Assembly (NCBI RefSeq): GCF_036365525.1
Contig: NC_090393.1
Span: 54,824,488-54,888,487, forward strand
Source: Heterodontus francisci
Taxonomy: Eukaryota
Length of the DNA: 64,000 nt
Direction: 5' to 3'
A model generated the notes under the pieces. That model saw only the letters and a program-made list of their open reading frames with translations, searched no databases and had not been told where the DNA came from. The translations under genes were made by a program, and so were the position numbers. Shown one piece after another: positions 38,731-50,344 of this stretch (positions are counted from its first letter, which is position 1; every line of letters begins with the position of its first letter).

Positions 38731-41700
38731 TCAGTGGTTTGTGAAGCAGCGCCTGGAGTGGCTATAAAGGCCAATTCTGGAGTGACAGGCTCTTCCACAG
38801 GTGCTGCAGAGAAATTTGTTTGTTGGGGCTGTTGCACAGTTGGCTCTCCCCTTGCGCCTCTGTCTTTTTTCCTGCCAACTACTAAGTCTCTTCGACTCGC
38901 CACAATTTAGCCCTGTCTTTATGGCTGCCCGCCAGCTCTGGCGAATGCTGGCAACTGACTCCCACGACTTGTGATCAATGTCACACGATTTCATGTCGCG
39001 TTTGCAGACGTCTTTATAACGGAGACATGGACGGCCGGTGGGTCTGATACCAGTGGCGAGCTCGCTGTACAATGTGTCTTTGGGGATCCTGCCATCTTCC
39101 ATGCGGCTCACATGGCCAAGCCATCTCAAGCGCCGCTGACTCAGTAGTGTGTATAAGCTGGGGATGTTGGCCGCTTCAAGGACTTCTGTGTTGGAGATAT
39201 AGTCCTGCCACCTGATGCCAAGTATTCTCCGAAGGCAGCGAAGATGGAATGAATTGAGACGTCGCTCTTGGCTGGCATACGTTGTCCAGGCCTCGCTGCC
39301 GTAGAGCAAGGTACTGAGGACACAGGCCTGATACACTCGGACTTTTGTGTTCCGTGTCAGTGCGCCATTTTCCCACACTCTCTTGGCCAGTCTGAACATA
39401 GCAGTGGAAACCTTACCCATGTGCTTGTTGATTTCTGCATCTAGAGACAGGTTACTGGTGATAGTTGAGCCTAGGTAGGTGAACTCTTGAACCACTTCCA
39501 GAGCGTGGTCGCCAATATTGATGGATGGAGCATTTCTGACATCCTGCCCCATGATGTTCGTTTTCTTGAGGCTGATGGTTAGGCCAAATTCATTGCAGGC
39601 AGACGCAAACCTGTCGATGAGACTCTGCAGGCATTCTTCAGTGTGAGATGTTAAAGCAGCATCGTCAGCAAAGAGGAGTTCTCTGATGAGGACTTTCCGT
39701 ACTTTGGACTTCGCTCTTAGACGGGCAAGGTTGAACAACCTGCCCCCTGATCTTGTGTGGAGGAAAATTCCTTCTTCAGAGGATTTGAACGCATGTGAAA
39801 GCAGCAGGGAGAAGAAAATCCCAAAAAGTGTGGGTGCGAGAACACAGCCCTGTTTCACACCACTCAGGATAGGAAAGGGCTCTGATGAGGAGCCACCATG
39901 TTGAATTGTGCCTTTCATATTGTCATGGAATGAGGTGATGATACTTAGTAGCTTTGGTGGACATCCGATCTTTTCTAGTAGTCTGAAGAGACCACGTCTG
40001 CTGACGAGGTCAAAGGCTTTGGTGAGATCAATGAAAGCAATGTAGAGGGGCATCTGTTGTTCACGGCATTTCTCCTGTATCTGACGAAGGGAGAACAGCA
40101 TGTCAATAGTCGATCTCTCTGCACGAAAGCCACACTGTGCCTCAGGGTAGACGCGCTCGGCCAGCTTCTGGAGCCTGTTCAGAGCGACTCGAGCAAAGAC
40201 TTTCCCCACTATGCTGAGCAGGGAGATTCCACGGTAGTTGTTGCAGTCACCGCGGTCACCTTTGTTTTTATAGAGGGTGATGATGTTGGCATCGCGCATG
40301 TCCTGGGGTACTGCTCCCTCGTCCCAGCACAGGCATAGCAGTTCATGTAGTGCTGAGAGTATAGCAGGCTTGGCACTCTTGATTATTTCAGGGGTAATGC
40401 TGTCCTTCCCAGGGGCTTTTCCGCTGGCTAGGGAATCAATGGCATCACTGAGTTCCGATTTGGTTGGCTGTATGTCCAGCTCATCCATGACTGGTAGAGG
40501 CTGGGCTGCATTGAGGGCAGTCTCAGTGACAGCATTCTCCCTGGAGTACAGTTCTAGGTAGTGCTCAACCCAGCGGTCCATCTGTTTGCGTTGGTCAGTG
40601 ATTATGTCCCCCGATTTAGATTTGAGGGGGGGGATCTTCTTGATGGTTGGCCCAAGAGCTCTCTTCATGCCATCATACATTCCTCTGATGTTTCCGGTGT
40701 CTGAGGCCAGCTGAATATGACTGCATAGGTGTTGCCAGTAGTCGTTTGCGCAACGCCTAGCTGTTCTTTGTGCAGTACTTCTGGCTGCTTTAAGTGCTGC
40801 GGATGTTAAATCGCTGGGGGCTTTCTTGTAGTTCAAAAGTGCAATGCGCTTAGCGGCTATGACAGGTTCCAGCTCTTCATTATGAGATTGAAACCAGTCT
40901 GCATTTCTCTTCGCACTTTTGCCGTAGGTGGTCAAAGCTGACTCATAGATGGCGTCTCTGATGTGGGCCCACTTGGTCTCAGCATCCCCTGTGGGAGTGT
41001 TTTGAAGGGCTGTTACAAGTGAATTTAGAAATTTTTGTAACAGCTGTGGGTGAGAAATTCTGCTCGTGTTGATGCGCGGGTGGCCCTTCTGCTTGGAATG
41101 ATGCAACTTCTTTGGTCTGAGTCTAACCTTGCTGCACACCAGGGAGTGGTCGGTGTCGCAGTCCGCACTGTGGAAGCTGCGTGTGATTTGAACACTGTTT
41201 AAGGCGGCTCGCCTTGTGACAATGAGGTCTAGCTGGTGCCAACGACGTGATCTTGGGTGCCTCCATGAAACCTGGTGACAGGGTTTAGTGTGAAAGAACG
41301 AGTTGGTGATGCAGAGGTTATGATAGGTACACAACTCAAGCAGTCTCTGCCCGTTCTCATTCATCCTTCCAACGCCATAGCGCCCAAGGGAGGAGGGCCA
41401 TGAGTCATGGTCGGCCCCAACCCTGGCATTAAAGTCCCCCAGCAGGAATAGGTGTTCGGTGTTGGGGATGCTGCTAATGATGTTATGGAGTTGTTCATAG
41501 AACTGGTCTTTAGCTTCAGGTGCGGAACAGAGTGTTGGAGCATAGATGCTGAGTAGGTGTACTGGACCAGAGGTGGTGAGCAGTCGGATGGACAGTATGC
41601 GTTCCGAGCCATTTGAGGGAGGCTCTATCATGCTGAGCAAGGAGTTTCTGATGGCGAAGCCCACTCCATGCTGTCTTGGTTCTTCAGGATCCCTGCCCTG

Positions 41701-41922
41701 CCAGAAGAAGGTGTAGTCTTGCTCTGCTAGAGAGCCACTCGCGGGGAGGCGAGTCTCCTGAAGTGCTGCAATGTCCACATTGAGTCTACTGAGCTCGTTG
41801 TTAATGATGGCGGTCTTCCGAGAATCGTTGATTTGTGTAAGGTCTTCCGACAGGCCAGGACACATAGTTCTGACGTTCCAGCTTGCAAAGCGAAGGGCTG
41901 GTACCTTCTTTCCTTTTTTCAT
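38731..41922 (-). CDS. RTE-clade non-LTR retrotransposon ORF (APE endonuclease + reverse transcriptase + C-terminal Cys/His finger), intact, 1063 aa
   Basis: ASWNVRT, ALQETR, GDFNARVG, DTDHSLV (APE); QCGFR, FIDLTKAFD, GVKQGCVLAP, LLFADD (RT); RLRWLGHVSRM and CSTCGRACHSRIGLYSH at the C-terminus. No stops. Confidence 0.96.
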   Translation of the reverse strand: MKKGKKVPALRFASWNVRTMCPGLSEDLTQINDSRKTAIINNELSRLNVDIAALQETRLPASGSLAEQDYTFFWQGRDPEEPRQHGVGFAIRNSLLSMIEPPSNGSERILSIRLLTTSGPVHLLSIYAPTLCSAPEAKDQFYEQLHNIISSIPNTEHLFLLGDFNARVGADHDSWPSSLGRYGVGRMNENGQRLLELCTYHNLCITNSFFHTKPCHQVSWRHPRSRRWHQLDLIVTRRAALNSVQITRSFHSADCDTDHSLVCSKVRLRPKKLHHSKQKGHPRINTSRISHPQLLQKFLNSLVTALQNTPTGDAETKWAHIRDAIYESALTTYGKSAKRNADWFQSHNEELEPVIAAKRIALLNYKKAPSDLTSAALKAARSTAQRTARRCANDYWQHLCSHIQLASDTGNIRGMYDGMKRALGPTIKKIPPLKSKSGDIITDQRKQMDRWVEHYLELYSRENAVTETALNAAQPLPVMDELDIQPTKSELSDAIDSLASGKAPGKDSITPEIIKSAKPAILSALHELLCLCWDEGAVPQDMRDANIITLYKNKGDRGDCNNYRGISLLSIVGKVFARVALNRLQKLAERVYPEAQCGFRAERSTIDMLFSLRQIQEKCREQQMPLYIAFIDLTKAFDLVSRRGLFRLLEKIGCPPKLLSIITSFHDNMKGTIQHGGSSSEPFPILSGVKQGCVLAPTLFGIFFSLLLSHAFKSSEEGIFLHTRSGGRLFNLARLRAKSKVRKVLIRELLFADDAALTSHTEECLQSLIDRFASACNEFGLTISLKKTNIMGQDVRNAPSINIGDHALEVVQEFTYLGSTITSNLSLDAEINKHMGKVSTAMFRLAKRVWENGALTRNTKVRVYQACVLSTLLYGSEAWTTYASQERRLNSFHLRCLRRILGIRWQDYISNTEVLEAANIPSLYTLLSQRRLRWLGHVSRMEDGRIPKDTLYSELATGIRPTGRPCLRYKDVCKRDMKSCDIDHKSWESVASIRQSWRAAIKTGLNCGESKRLSSWQEKRQRRKGRANCATAPTNKFLCSTCGRACHSRIGLYSHSRRCFTNH

Positions 41923-42479
41923 GTTGTTTGGTGCGGTGTATCAGTCCACCTTTCGGGCAATGACCCTGAGCTCCAAGCACCCATTGAAGCAGGCAGACTG
42001 TGGCGGGACAGAACCTTATTGACCGGGGGCTGCCCGGTTTGAGGCGGGCGGTAGCTGTCCAGTGAGGTGCAATGACCTCTCCCACCGACAAAGGCAACCC
42101 GTGGCGCCCAGTTTCTACGCCAATTTATCTGGACTTATAACCCGTAACTGCTGCCTTCCGTGTTGTTTCAGTCGCTGTGAGGCAACTATGGAGTGACCTC
42201 TCCATGGCGCATGCCTGGGCAAATTTATGGAGGTTGAGAGTTGCCCAGTCGTCAAAACCCCCCTCTCGGCCTTTCTGGTGGGGTCCAAAGGAGTGCAGGA
42301 CACGACGTTTGGCACCAGTATGGCTGCAGGAACTGCCGGAAAGATGCCAAAGGTGACACATGACCGCCTACGGGGTTCCGCTCCGGATTTTCTGTTAGGG
42401 TTTACTCCCTTAGCCTTGGTCTCTCCCGAGACGCCCACAAGGCAGTGGGGTTGTTGGGGCCCCTACACAGGTGTAGGAT

Positions 42480-42700
42480 GGTGCCGGTGGGAGGAGGGGA
42501 TGCAAGGGAGAGGGGTAGAGGGAGGGGGTGGGGGGGGGTGCAGGGGAAGGGGGTGCGGGGTGAAGATGGTGCGAGGGGGGGGCGGGCTGGGACGGGGTTG
42601 TGAGGGGGTGAGCTGAGAGGGTGGAGCAGGGAAGGGGACGGGGGTGGGGGGGGGGTGGTGGAAGGGGGGGTAAAGGGGGGGGGGGGAGGGGGGGTGGAAT
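42480..42700. repeat. G-rich tract (G-quadruplex-prone)
   Basis: Dense G runs on the plus strand. Confidence 0.85.
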
Positions 42701-44387
42701 CTGGTGCAGGTAATAAGCCATTTCCTCAGTGCCCACCATCGACGTCCGGAAAGCTCATCCACGTCCTTCGGGAGGTGAAGCATCATTTGGCAGACTTAGA
42801 GGTGATTACATTTGCTAAGGGTTTTTTTTTTGCAGTGGTTTAAATAAAGGCATGCAGCATTGCCGACAGTGCGCTGCAGATGCTCTCCGAGCCATCTCCC
42901 GCGGGCGCTTTGAAGTTGCGGCCGGGGGGGGGGGCCGTTCGTGGATGTTTTGGGTGTTCGGGGCACCTTTTCACAGGACTTCTCTCGGGTCCCGCAGCTC
43001 CTTCTTCACCTCAATGGACTTACCGCATGCCGTGGCTGCAGACACTCTGGACTGTGAAGACAGCAGGATCGGAGATTAAAGTATCGGCAGCTGTTCTCGT
43101 CAGTTTCATCCGGATCAATTTCATTGAGAAAACAAAGAGCAGGTGTGGCTGGGGGAGGGCAGTGGGCCCAGGTAACATACACTAAACTAACTGTTAACTT
43201 TTAGATAGGGCTAAAATGAACTGATTTAAAGAGCCAGGGGAATTTAAACAGTTTAAGAGGGCAGATTGGGGGAGAAAACGTTAGGGATGGGAGCAGATGG
43301 CCATGGATAGAGTTGAACAGCAAGGGAGCTTCCTAGGGAGCTTCCAGCCCAGGAGCCATCTTGAAAGCACAACCTACACTTGTAGTCCCATGAATATAGA
43401 ATACTACAGGATGTAATGGAGGTGTTTAAGATGATTTAAAGGAGTTCTAAAGAAGGGAGCAAAATTTTAAAATTAGATCTAGGACATACAGGAGTGATGG
43501 TCAGTAACATTTCTTCACCCAAAACGTAGTGAAAATCTGGAACTCTCTGCCCCAAAATACTATCGAAGCTAGGCCAATTGTTTTTTTTTAAATGGAGATC
43601 AATAGACTTTTGTGCGGCAAGGGTATTAAGGATAATGGAACAAAAGCAGCTCGATGGAGTTAAGATACAAATCAGCCATGATCCAATTAACTGGTGGCCT
43701 ACTACTGTCCTTTGTTCCTATTATGGGTGACGGGGACCTGGTGAAGCTGGAAACAGGTAGAGAATTTGGATGTGTTTTTGATTATGGGGTGGTGAGATGG
43801 TGGAAGATGGAAAACCAGCAAGGGGAGTACTGGAATAATCGATGAAAGGTCACAAACCTGAAATGTTAACTCTGTTTCTCTCTCCACCGATGCTGCTGTG
43901 TATTTCTAGCACTTTCTGTTTTTATTTCAGATTTGTATAAAAATTAACAGATTCTAAGACCCATCTGTAGTTGATGCATTGACAGATGTTCATTGATATT
44001 TGAGAGTGCAATAAGACTACAAGCAGGTACTATACGTTTATAAACTCACACGTAGAATATCTATTTGAGGTGCACAATCATCGAGTCATAGAGTCATTTA
44101 CCACACAGAAGGACGTCATTCGGCCCATCGAGTCTATCCTGGCTCTCCACAGAGCTTTTCAGTCAGTCCCACTCTCCCACTCAAGCCTATAGCATTGCAA
44201 GTCTATTTCCTTCAAGTGACGATTCAATTTCTTTTTGAAGTCATTGATTGTCTCCGCTTCCCTCACCCTTGTGGGCAGCGAATTCCAGGTCATTACCACC
44301 CACTGTGTAAAAAAAGTTCTTCATCATATTTCTCCTTCATCTCTTGCCCAAAATCATCAATCTGCGTCCCCTTGTCCTTGTACCATT

Positions 44388-46619
44388 AAGTTTTAGGGTA
44401 CTTGTGGATAAGGATAAGAGTAGTCCTCAGGTGAAGGTGCAAAATTGGGGGAAGGCTAATTATAACAATATTAGGCAGGAACTGGAGAAATTAGATTAGG
44501 GGCGGCTGTTTGAGGGTAATCCAACATCTGACATGTGGGAGTCTTTCAAACGTCATTTGATTAGAATCCAGGACCGGAATGTTCCTGTGAGGAAGAAGGA
44601 TAAGTTTGGCAAGTTTCGGGAACCTTGGATAAGGAGGGATATTGTGAGCCTAGTCAAAAAGAAAAAGTAAGCATTCATAAGGGCTAGAAGGCTGGGAACA
44701 GACGAAGCCCTTGTGGAATTTAAGGAAAGTAGGAAGGAACTTAAGCAAGGAGTCAGGAGGGCGAAGAGGGGTCATGAAAATTCGTTGGCAAACAGGATTA
44801 AGGAGCATCCCAAGGCTTTTTATATGTATATAAAGAGCAAGAGGGTAACCAGAGAAAGGGTTGGCCCACTCAAGGACAGAGGAGGGAATCTATGTGTGGA
44901 GCCAGAGGAAGTGGGCGAGGTACTAAATGAGTACTTTGCATCAGTATTCACCAAAGAGAAGGACTTGGTGGATGATGAGTTGGGGGAAGGGATTGTAGAT
45001 AGTCTGGGCCGTGTCGTTATCAAAAAGGAGGAGGTGTTGGGCGTCTTGCAAAGCATTAAGGTAGATAAGTCCCCAGGGCCTGATGAGATCTACCCTTGAA
45101 TACTGAGGGAGATAAGGGAAGAAATTGCTGGGGCCTTGACAGAAATCCTTGTATCCTCATTGGCTACAGGTGAGGTCCCAGAGGACTGGAGAATAGCCAG
45201 TGTTGTTCCTTTGTTTAATAAGGGTAGCAAGGATAATCCAGGAAATTATAGGCTGGTGAGCCTTATGTCAGTGGTAGGGAAATTATTAGAGAGGATTCTT
45301 CGGGACCGGATTTACTCCCATTTGGAAACAAATGAACTTATTAGCGAGAGACAGCATGGTTTTGTGAAGGGGAGGTCGTATCTCACTAACTTGATCGAGT
45401 TTTTTGAGGAAGTGACAAAGATGATTGATGAAGGAAGGGCGGTGGATGTTGTCTATATGGACTTCAGTAATGCCTTTGACAAGGTCCCTCATGGCAGACT
45501 GGTACAAAAGGTGAAGTCACACGGGATCAGAGGTAAGCTGGCAAGATGGATACAGAACTGGCTCGGTCATAGAAGACAGAGGGTAGCAGTGGAAGGGTGC
45601 TTTTCTGAATGGAGGGCTGTGACTAGTGGTGTTCCACAAGGATCAGTTCTGGGACCTTTGCTGTTTGTATTATATATAAATGATTTGGAGGAAAATGTAG
45701 CTGATCTGATTAGTAAGTTTGCGGATGACACAAAGGTTGGTGAAGTTGTGAATAGTGATGAGGATTGTCAGAGGATACAGCATGATATAGATCGGTTGGA
45801 GACATGGGCGGAGTTTAATCTGGACAAATCGGAGGTAATGCATTTTGGAAGATCTAATACAGCTGGGAAGTATACAGTAAATGGCAGAACCCTTAGGAGT
45901 ATTGACTGGCAGAGAGGTCTGGGCGTACAGGTCCACAGGTCACTGAAAGTGGCAACACAGGTGGATAAGGTAGTCAAGAAGGCATACGGCATGCTTGCCT
46001 TCATCGGTCGGGCATAGAGTATAAAAATTGGCAAGTCATGCTGCAGCTGTACAGAACCTTAGTTAGGCCACACTTAGAATATCGTGTGCAATTCTGGTCG
46101 CCACACTACCAGAAGGACGTAGAGGCTTTGGAGAGGGTACAGAAGAGGTTTACCAGGATGCTGCCTGGTCTGGAAGGCATTATCTATGAGGAGAGGTTGG
46201 ATAAACTCGGGTTGTTTTCACTGGAATGACGGAGGTGGAGGGGTGACATGATAGAGGTTTACAAAGTTATGAGTGGCATGGACAGAGTGGATAGTCAGAA
46301 GCTTTTTCCCAGGGTGGAAGAATCAGTTACTAGGGGACATAGGTTTAAGATGCGAGGGGCAAAGTTTAGAGGGGACGTGCGAGGCAAGTTCTTTACACAG
46401 AGTGTGGTGAGTGCCTGGAACTTGCTGTCGAGGGAGGTGGTGGAAGCAAGTACGATAGCGACGTTTAAGAGGCAACTTGACAAATACATTTTTAGGATGG
46501 GAATAGAGGGATACGGTCCCCAGAAGTGCAGAAGGTTTTAGTTTAGACAGGCATCAAGATCGGCGCAGTCTTGGAGGGCCGAATGGCCTGTTTCTGTGCT
46601 GTACTGTTCTTTGTTCTTT
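44388..46619 (+). mobile_element. CR1 LINE, 5'-truncated, copy C
   Basis: Same RT motifs (KFADD), several stops and a frameshift, same 3' end. Confidence 0.93.
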
Positions 46620-46736
46620 ATATGTACCCGATGGTCCCAGTTATTTCATTTCAGGATTTTTTAAAGCCTGCCTTTTAAAACATGCTTCGATGAGTTCATT
46701 CATGTGCTTTTCAATTACCCCTAAACTAGCTTGTTG

Positions 46737-46930
46737 GGGGCTTGGTTAGCTTAGTTGGCTAGACGGCTTGAATATGATGCAGGAAAACGCCAACAGCGCG
46801 GGTTCAATCCTGTACTGACTTTGATAGTTCATGGAGGTTTGCCTCCTCACCTTGCTATCAACTGTACAACCGTCTCTACCGGAGAGAGAGATGCCTATGG
46901 CCTTTTGGGACTACGGCTATACCAACAGCA
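46737..46930 (+). mobile_element. tRNA-derived SINE head
   Basis: GGTTAGCTTAGTTGGCTAGA…GCGGGTTCAATCC A/B boxes, no complete cloverleaf. Confidence 0.5.
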
Positions 46931-47729
46931 AGCTGTTTTTTCCCCACAGTAATATTTGTAATCCTAGAGGCATCCACCCATGATAGATTCTGCTCATGTC
47001 AAATTACCCGAATTTAGCAGTTATTATTTTACACCTAACACTCCACAGCATTGCTTTTGTTCACCAAGCTTTTTGCGCAAAAAAGGATATTATTATCGTT
47101 CGTGTTTTTATGCCTCTGGACAATGCAATTAAAATGAATTCAAAATAAACTCTAAGGTCTTTCGTCTCTACATGGATTAGGTGTTTTAACTACTTGGAGC
47201 ATGACTTCTGAGACGGTCTTTCAATAAATGAATGGAAGAAAATTGCAGGACTGTAGCAAAGAACAGGGAGTTGGGACTATTTGGAAAGCTCTTTCAAAGA
47301 GTGGGTCCAAACCATTCTATTAGTGCGTTCGATTTTCATTCCAGGTTATATTCTTCTTCAAGTGGAACTCTGATTAAGATTTATCTTTTCCAACGAGTAT
47401 GCTAGACGTTATTTGGCACTTATATAGTTTTTCGTCGAGGGCACATAAAACAAGGGAAAATGTTAAACACAATCACAGACGCAATGTAGTCCAATCAATA
47501 TACAAGCCAAATTTAGCCAAATTAACATTTGATACGTTATATTGATCCGACCTGATCACCCATTCGTTCTATAAAATCGTTGTTTCTACCGAGAGTTTGA
47601 TGGTTTTATGTAAATTTGCAAAAGGTTACAAAGAATAATACCTCGCGATTTGGACGCTTAAAATGGCATAAACTCGAAGAGAATTAAAACAAGAAAAAAA
47701 AGCATCATCTGAAACATTGGAAGAATAAT

Positions 47730-47735
47730 TTTATT
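47730..47735 (-). terminator. Probable polyadenylation signal AATAAA of IgL cluster 2
   Basis: AATAAA about 195 nt after the C stop codon, followed by T-rich sequence. Confidence 0.6.
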
Positions 47736-47928
47736 ACACTGCAATGACACAGAGAAGGTGTCACGACTGCTGATTCAACACACTCTTCCGTTACACGCAG
47801 TGAAATCAAACTAACGGCGCACTTATTGTTTAGATGCAGCAATTAAAATTTTAAAAACTAAACTTTAAGTTTGAATTTTTCTTCATGAAAGATTATTAAT
47901 GGTATCATAGACGAATGCATAAGATTCA

Positions 47929-48251
47929 TCAGAAACAACTTGACCGCGCGATACTTGTTTTAAGCGGGTTTGCCTGAGTCTCGTGTTTAACCACACAGGA
48001 GTAAAGCTCATGTGAGTTCCACTCTGAGGCTGGCAGAGTCAGATAACTGCTCACACTGAACGTGTTGTCCGTCTCCTGCTGGATCCGACTGGTCTCAACA
48101 CCATTCCCTCTCACACTGTCATCTACAGTCCACTCAATCTCCACAGCTCCCGGGTTAAAACCGCTCACCAAACACACCAGGGTCGCCGTGTTCTTTGTTG
48201 TGATTTGATCCGATGAAGGCGGAAGGACGGACACCGAAGGCCCTCGCGGAT
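47929..48251 (-). CDS. IGLC: Ig light chain constant (C) exon, cluster 2, intact
   Basis: Acceptor tttcctttctag|AT CCG CGA GGG; phase matches the J donor (…LG-N-PRGPSVSVLPPS). C1-set motifs ATLVCLVSGF-P, W, YSCVVKHE, penultimate Cys (SSCF*). J-C intron is 48252-51984. Confidence 0.97.
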
Positions 48252-49616
48252 CTAGAAAGGAAAATAAAAACAACCTCTGAAGATCCACTCTGGCTGGGAT
48301 GCAAAAAGTCGAAATTCAACGTTTTTCTTTTTCAAATTTAGTTTTTGTTAATTTTTAACTTTGCAAGTTATGAATTTTACAATGAGAGATTATTGACGTT
48401 CTTTAACTATTCACATAGGAACCGTAGATCTAGAAAACTATGCAATCCTAGGTCTGTGCATTTCTAAGTAAACTGAATGATTATTTGGATTAAATTCTGA
48501 AGATCGTAGTTTTGCTTTCATTCATGTTTTAATAGGTTGTTCAGACTAAGTGGGAATATTATGCCACAAGTTTAATGGCTCGCAAGGGCGCCAACTTTTC
48601 TTGAATTATTACATAGAATTTACAGCACAGAAATAGGCCATTCGTCCCAGCTCGGCTATGCCTATGTTTATAGTCTACAGGTGCCACTCTCTGGATAAAT
48701 AATTTGTCCTGGATTCTTTATTAGATTTATTAATGACTGTAATATTTATAAACTCTATATTTGGACTACCAAGCAAGTGGAAACAACTTTTCTATGTCTA
48801 CACCATCAAACTCTTTCATAATTTTAAAGACATAATTTAAGTCATCTCTAAGCCTTCCTTTTTCAGAGAAAAGAGCCCCAGCCTGTTCAACCATTCAGAG
48901 CCCCAGCCTGGTTAGTTTCTTCGGTAGGTTATAATTTGAACGCTGGGAATACTATTGCACGCGGGTAGAGCCACGCTCTGTCCACAGTTTGATGTAAATA
49001 CGACCCAATATTTCGGTTTTTAGCTGCCTAGTCACACGAGGAGTCATCCGCTACCGAAAATTCAGCTGTTTCGATTTGATTATATTACTATAAAGGAACT
49101 TTGAAGGGCGATGACTGTAGAGAAAGCAAGAAACTACAAATACCAATTCATTTCCTTTGAGGCAATGATCGAGGCGGGGTGGGATTATGGACTTTTTTTT
49201 TTGCTCTTCCTCGAAAAATAGTCTTTGGAAGATTTTTAAGGCAGATGTAGATAGATCCTTGATAAGCAAGGGGGTGGAAGGTTATCGGGGATAGGTGGAA
49301 ATGTGGAGGAATCAGTTCAACCATAAACTTATTGAATGGCGGAACAGGTTCGAAGGGCCAAGTGGCCCTACTCCTGCTCCTAATTCGTATGTTCGTATGT
49401 AATGCAACAGATCGTGAACATCCACTTGAACAGTAATCTGGGACCGTTATGTCTGGTGTCATCCAAAAGAAGGCACTTAAAACAATGCTGTACTCCTTCC
49501 ATATCACTATTTCCTCTACTGGGACAATTTAGAACAAGTACGAATGATCTTAAAATTACAGCGAGGCCATGAAGGAGCGAAATCAGAAGCAGGTTTTCAT
49601 ACCAAGCGTGATGGAA

Positions 49617-50344
49617 GTGACCGCTTTGCAAAATGCCTCTGCTCAGTCAGCAAGCGTGATCGTGAGCTTCCGGTTTCTTGCTATTTTAATTCGCCACCTT
49701 ATTCCCATGCCCATATTTCTGTCCTCAGCCTGCTGCAGTGTTCCAGTGAACATCAACGCTAGCTCGAGAACAGCACCTCATCTTCAGATTAGGCACTCTA
49801 CAGCCTTCTGGACTCAATATTGAGTTCAATAATTTCAGACCATGAGCCCCATTTTTTTGTTTATTTATTATTTCAATTTTATATTGTATATATTTTTCTC
49901 TTTATATTTATTTATTTTAACCATGTGCTAGTTAAACTTATTTTTCATGTTCTTGCTTTCGTGCAGAGCTGTTCATTATTCTGCCAACACCACTCCCTCT
50001 GGACTCCCTCTGCTGCAACTAGTTGGCACTCCATTTTCATTCTATTCCATGACATCTATCATTTAATCTCTCCCCCTCCATCCTATCACAGTCCTTCCTT
50101 CTTGTTCTTCTTCCCCACTTCCCCACTCCCCACTTCCCCACCCCCCACCTCCCACCCCCTCACCCCCGCCTTTCTCTTGTTCAAAGACTTACATTTCTAG
50201 CTTTTGCCAGTTCTGATGAAGGGTCACAGACCTGAAACGTTAACTCTGTTTCTCACTTCACAGATGCTGCCAGACCTGCTGAGTATTTCCGGCACTTTCT
50301 GTTCTCATTTCAGAGTTCCAGCGTCCGCAGTGTTTTGCCCTTAT
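49617..50344 (+). mobile_element. Penelope-like 3' fragment in the J-C intron, antisense to IgL
   Basis: DRFAKCLCSVSKRDRELPVSCYFNS (end of GIY-YIG) followed by pLTR with hammerhead motif. Confidence 0.8.
50209..50245 (+). ncRNA. Minimal type I hammerhead ribozyme motif (Penelope pLTR)
   Basis: AGTT-CTGATGA-A-GGGTC aca GACCT-GAA-ACGT-T-AACT: intact core, stem I AGTT/AACT, stem II, palindromic ACGT in place of stem III. Confidence 0.75.

Larger units (their letters stand above)
38670..43372 (-). mobile_element. Full RTE insertion bounded by an 11-bp TSD, nested in an old CR1
   Basis: CCTACACTTGT at 38659-38669 and 43373-43383. The degenerate CR1 on the left (…gaggacaggctgcatagcctacacttgt) resumes on the right (…atggaggtgtttaagatg). 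A/G-rich tail at about 38670-38685. Confidence 0.8.

Noticed and set aside
25039-40265. Inversion of the orphan C exon by recombination between the two inverted RTE copies that flank it
   Set aside because: Each RTE retains its own matched TSD pair; recombination between them would have swapped the flanks.
42400-42470. HDV-like ribozyme at the RTE 5' end (…CACTGCCTTGTG…GGCTAAGGG)
   Set aside because: P1, P2 and P4 pairings are poor and a simple hairpin CCTTG/GTCTC-GGGA-GAGAC/CAAGG fits better; needs a covariance search.
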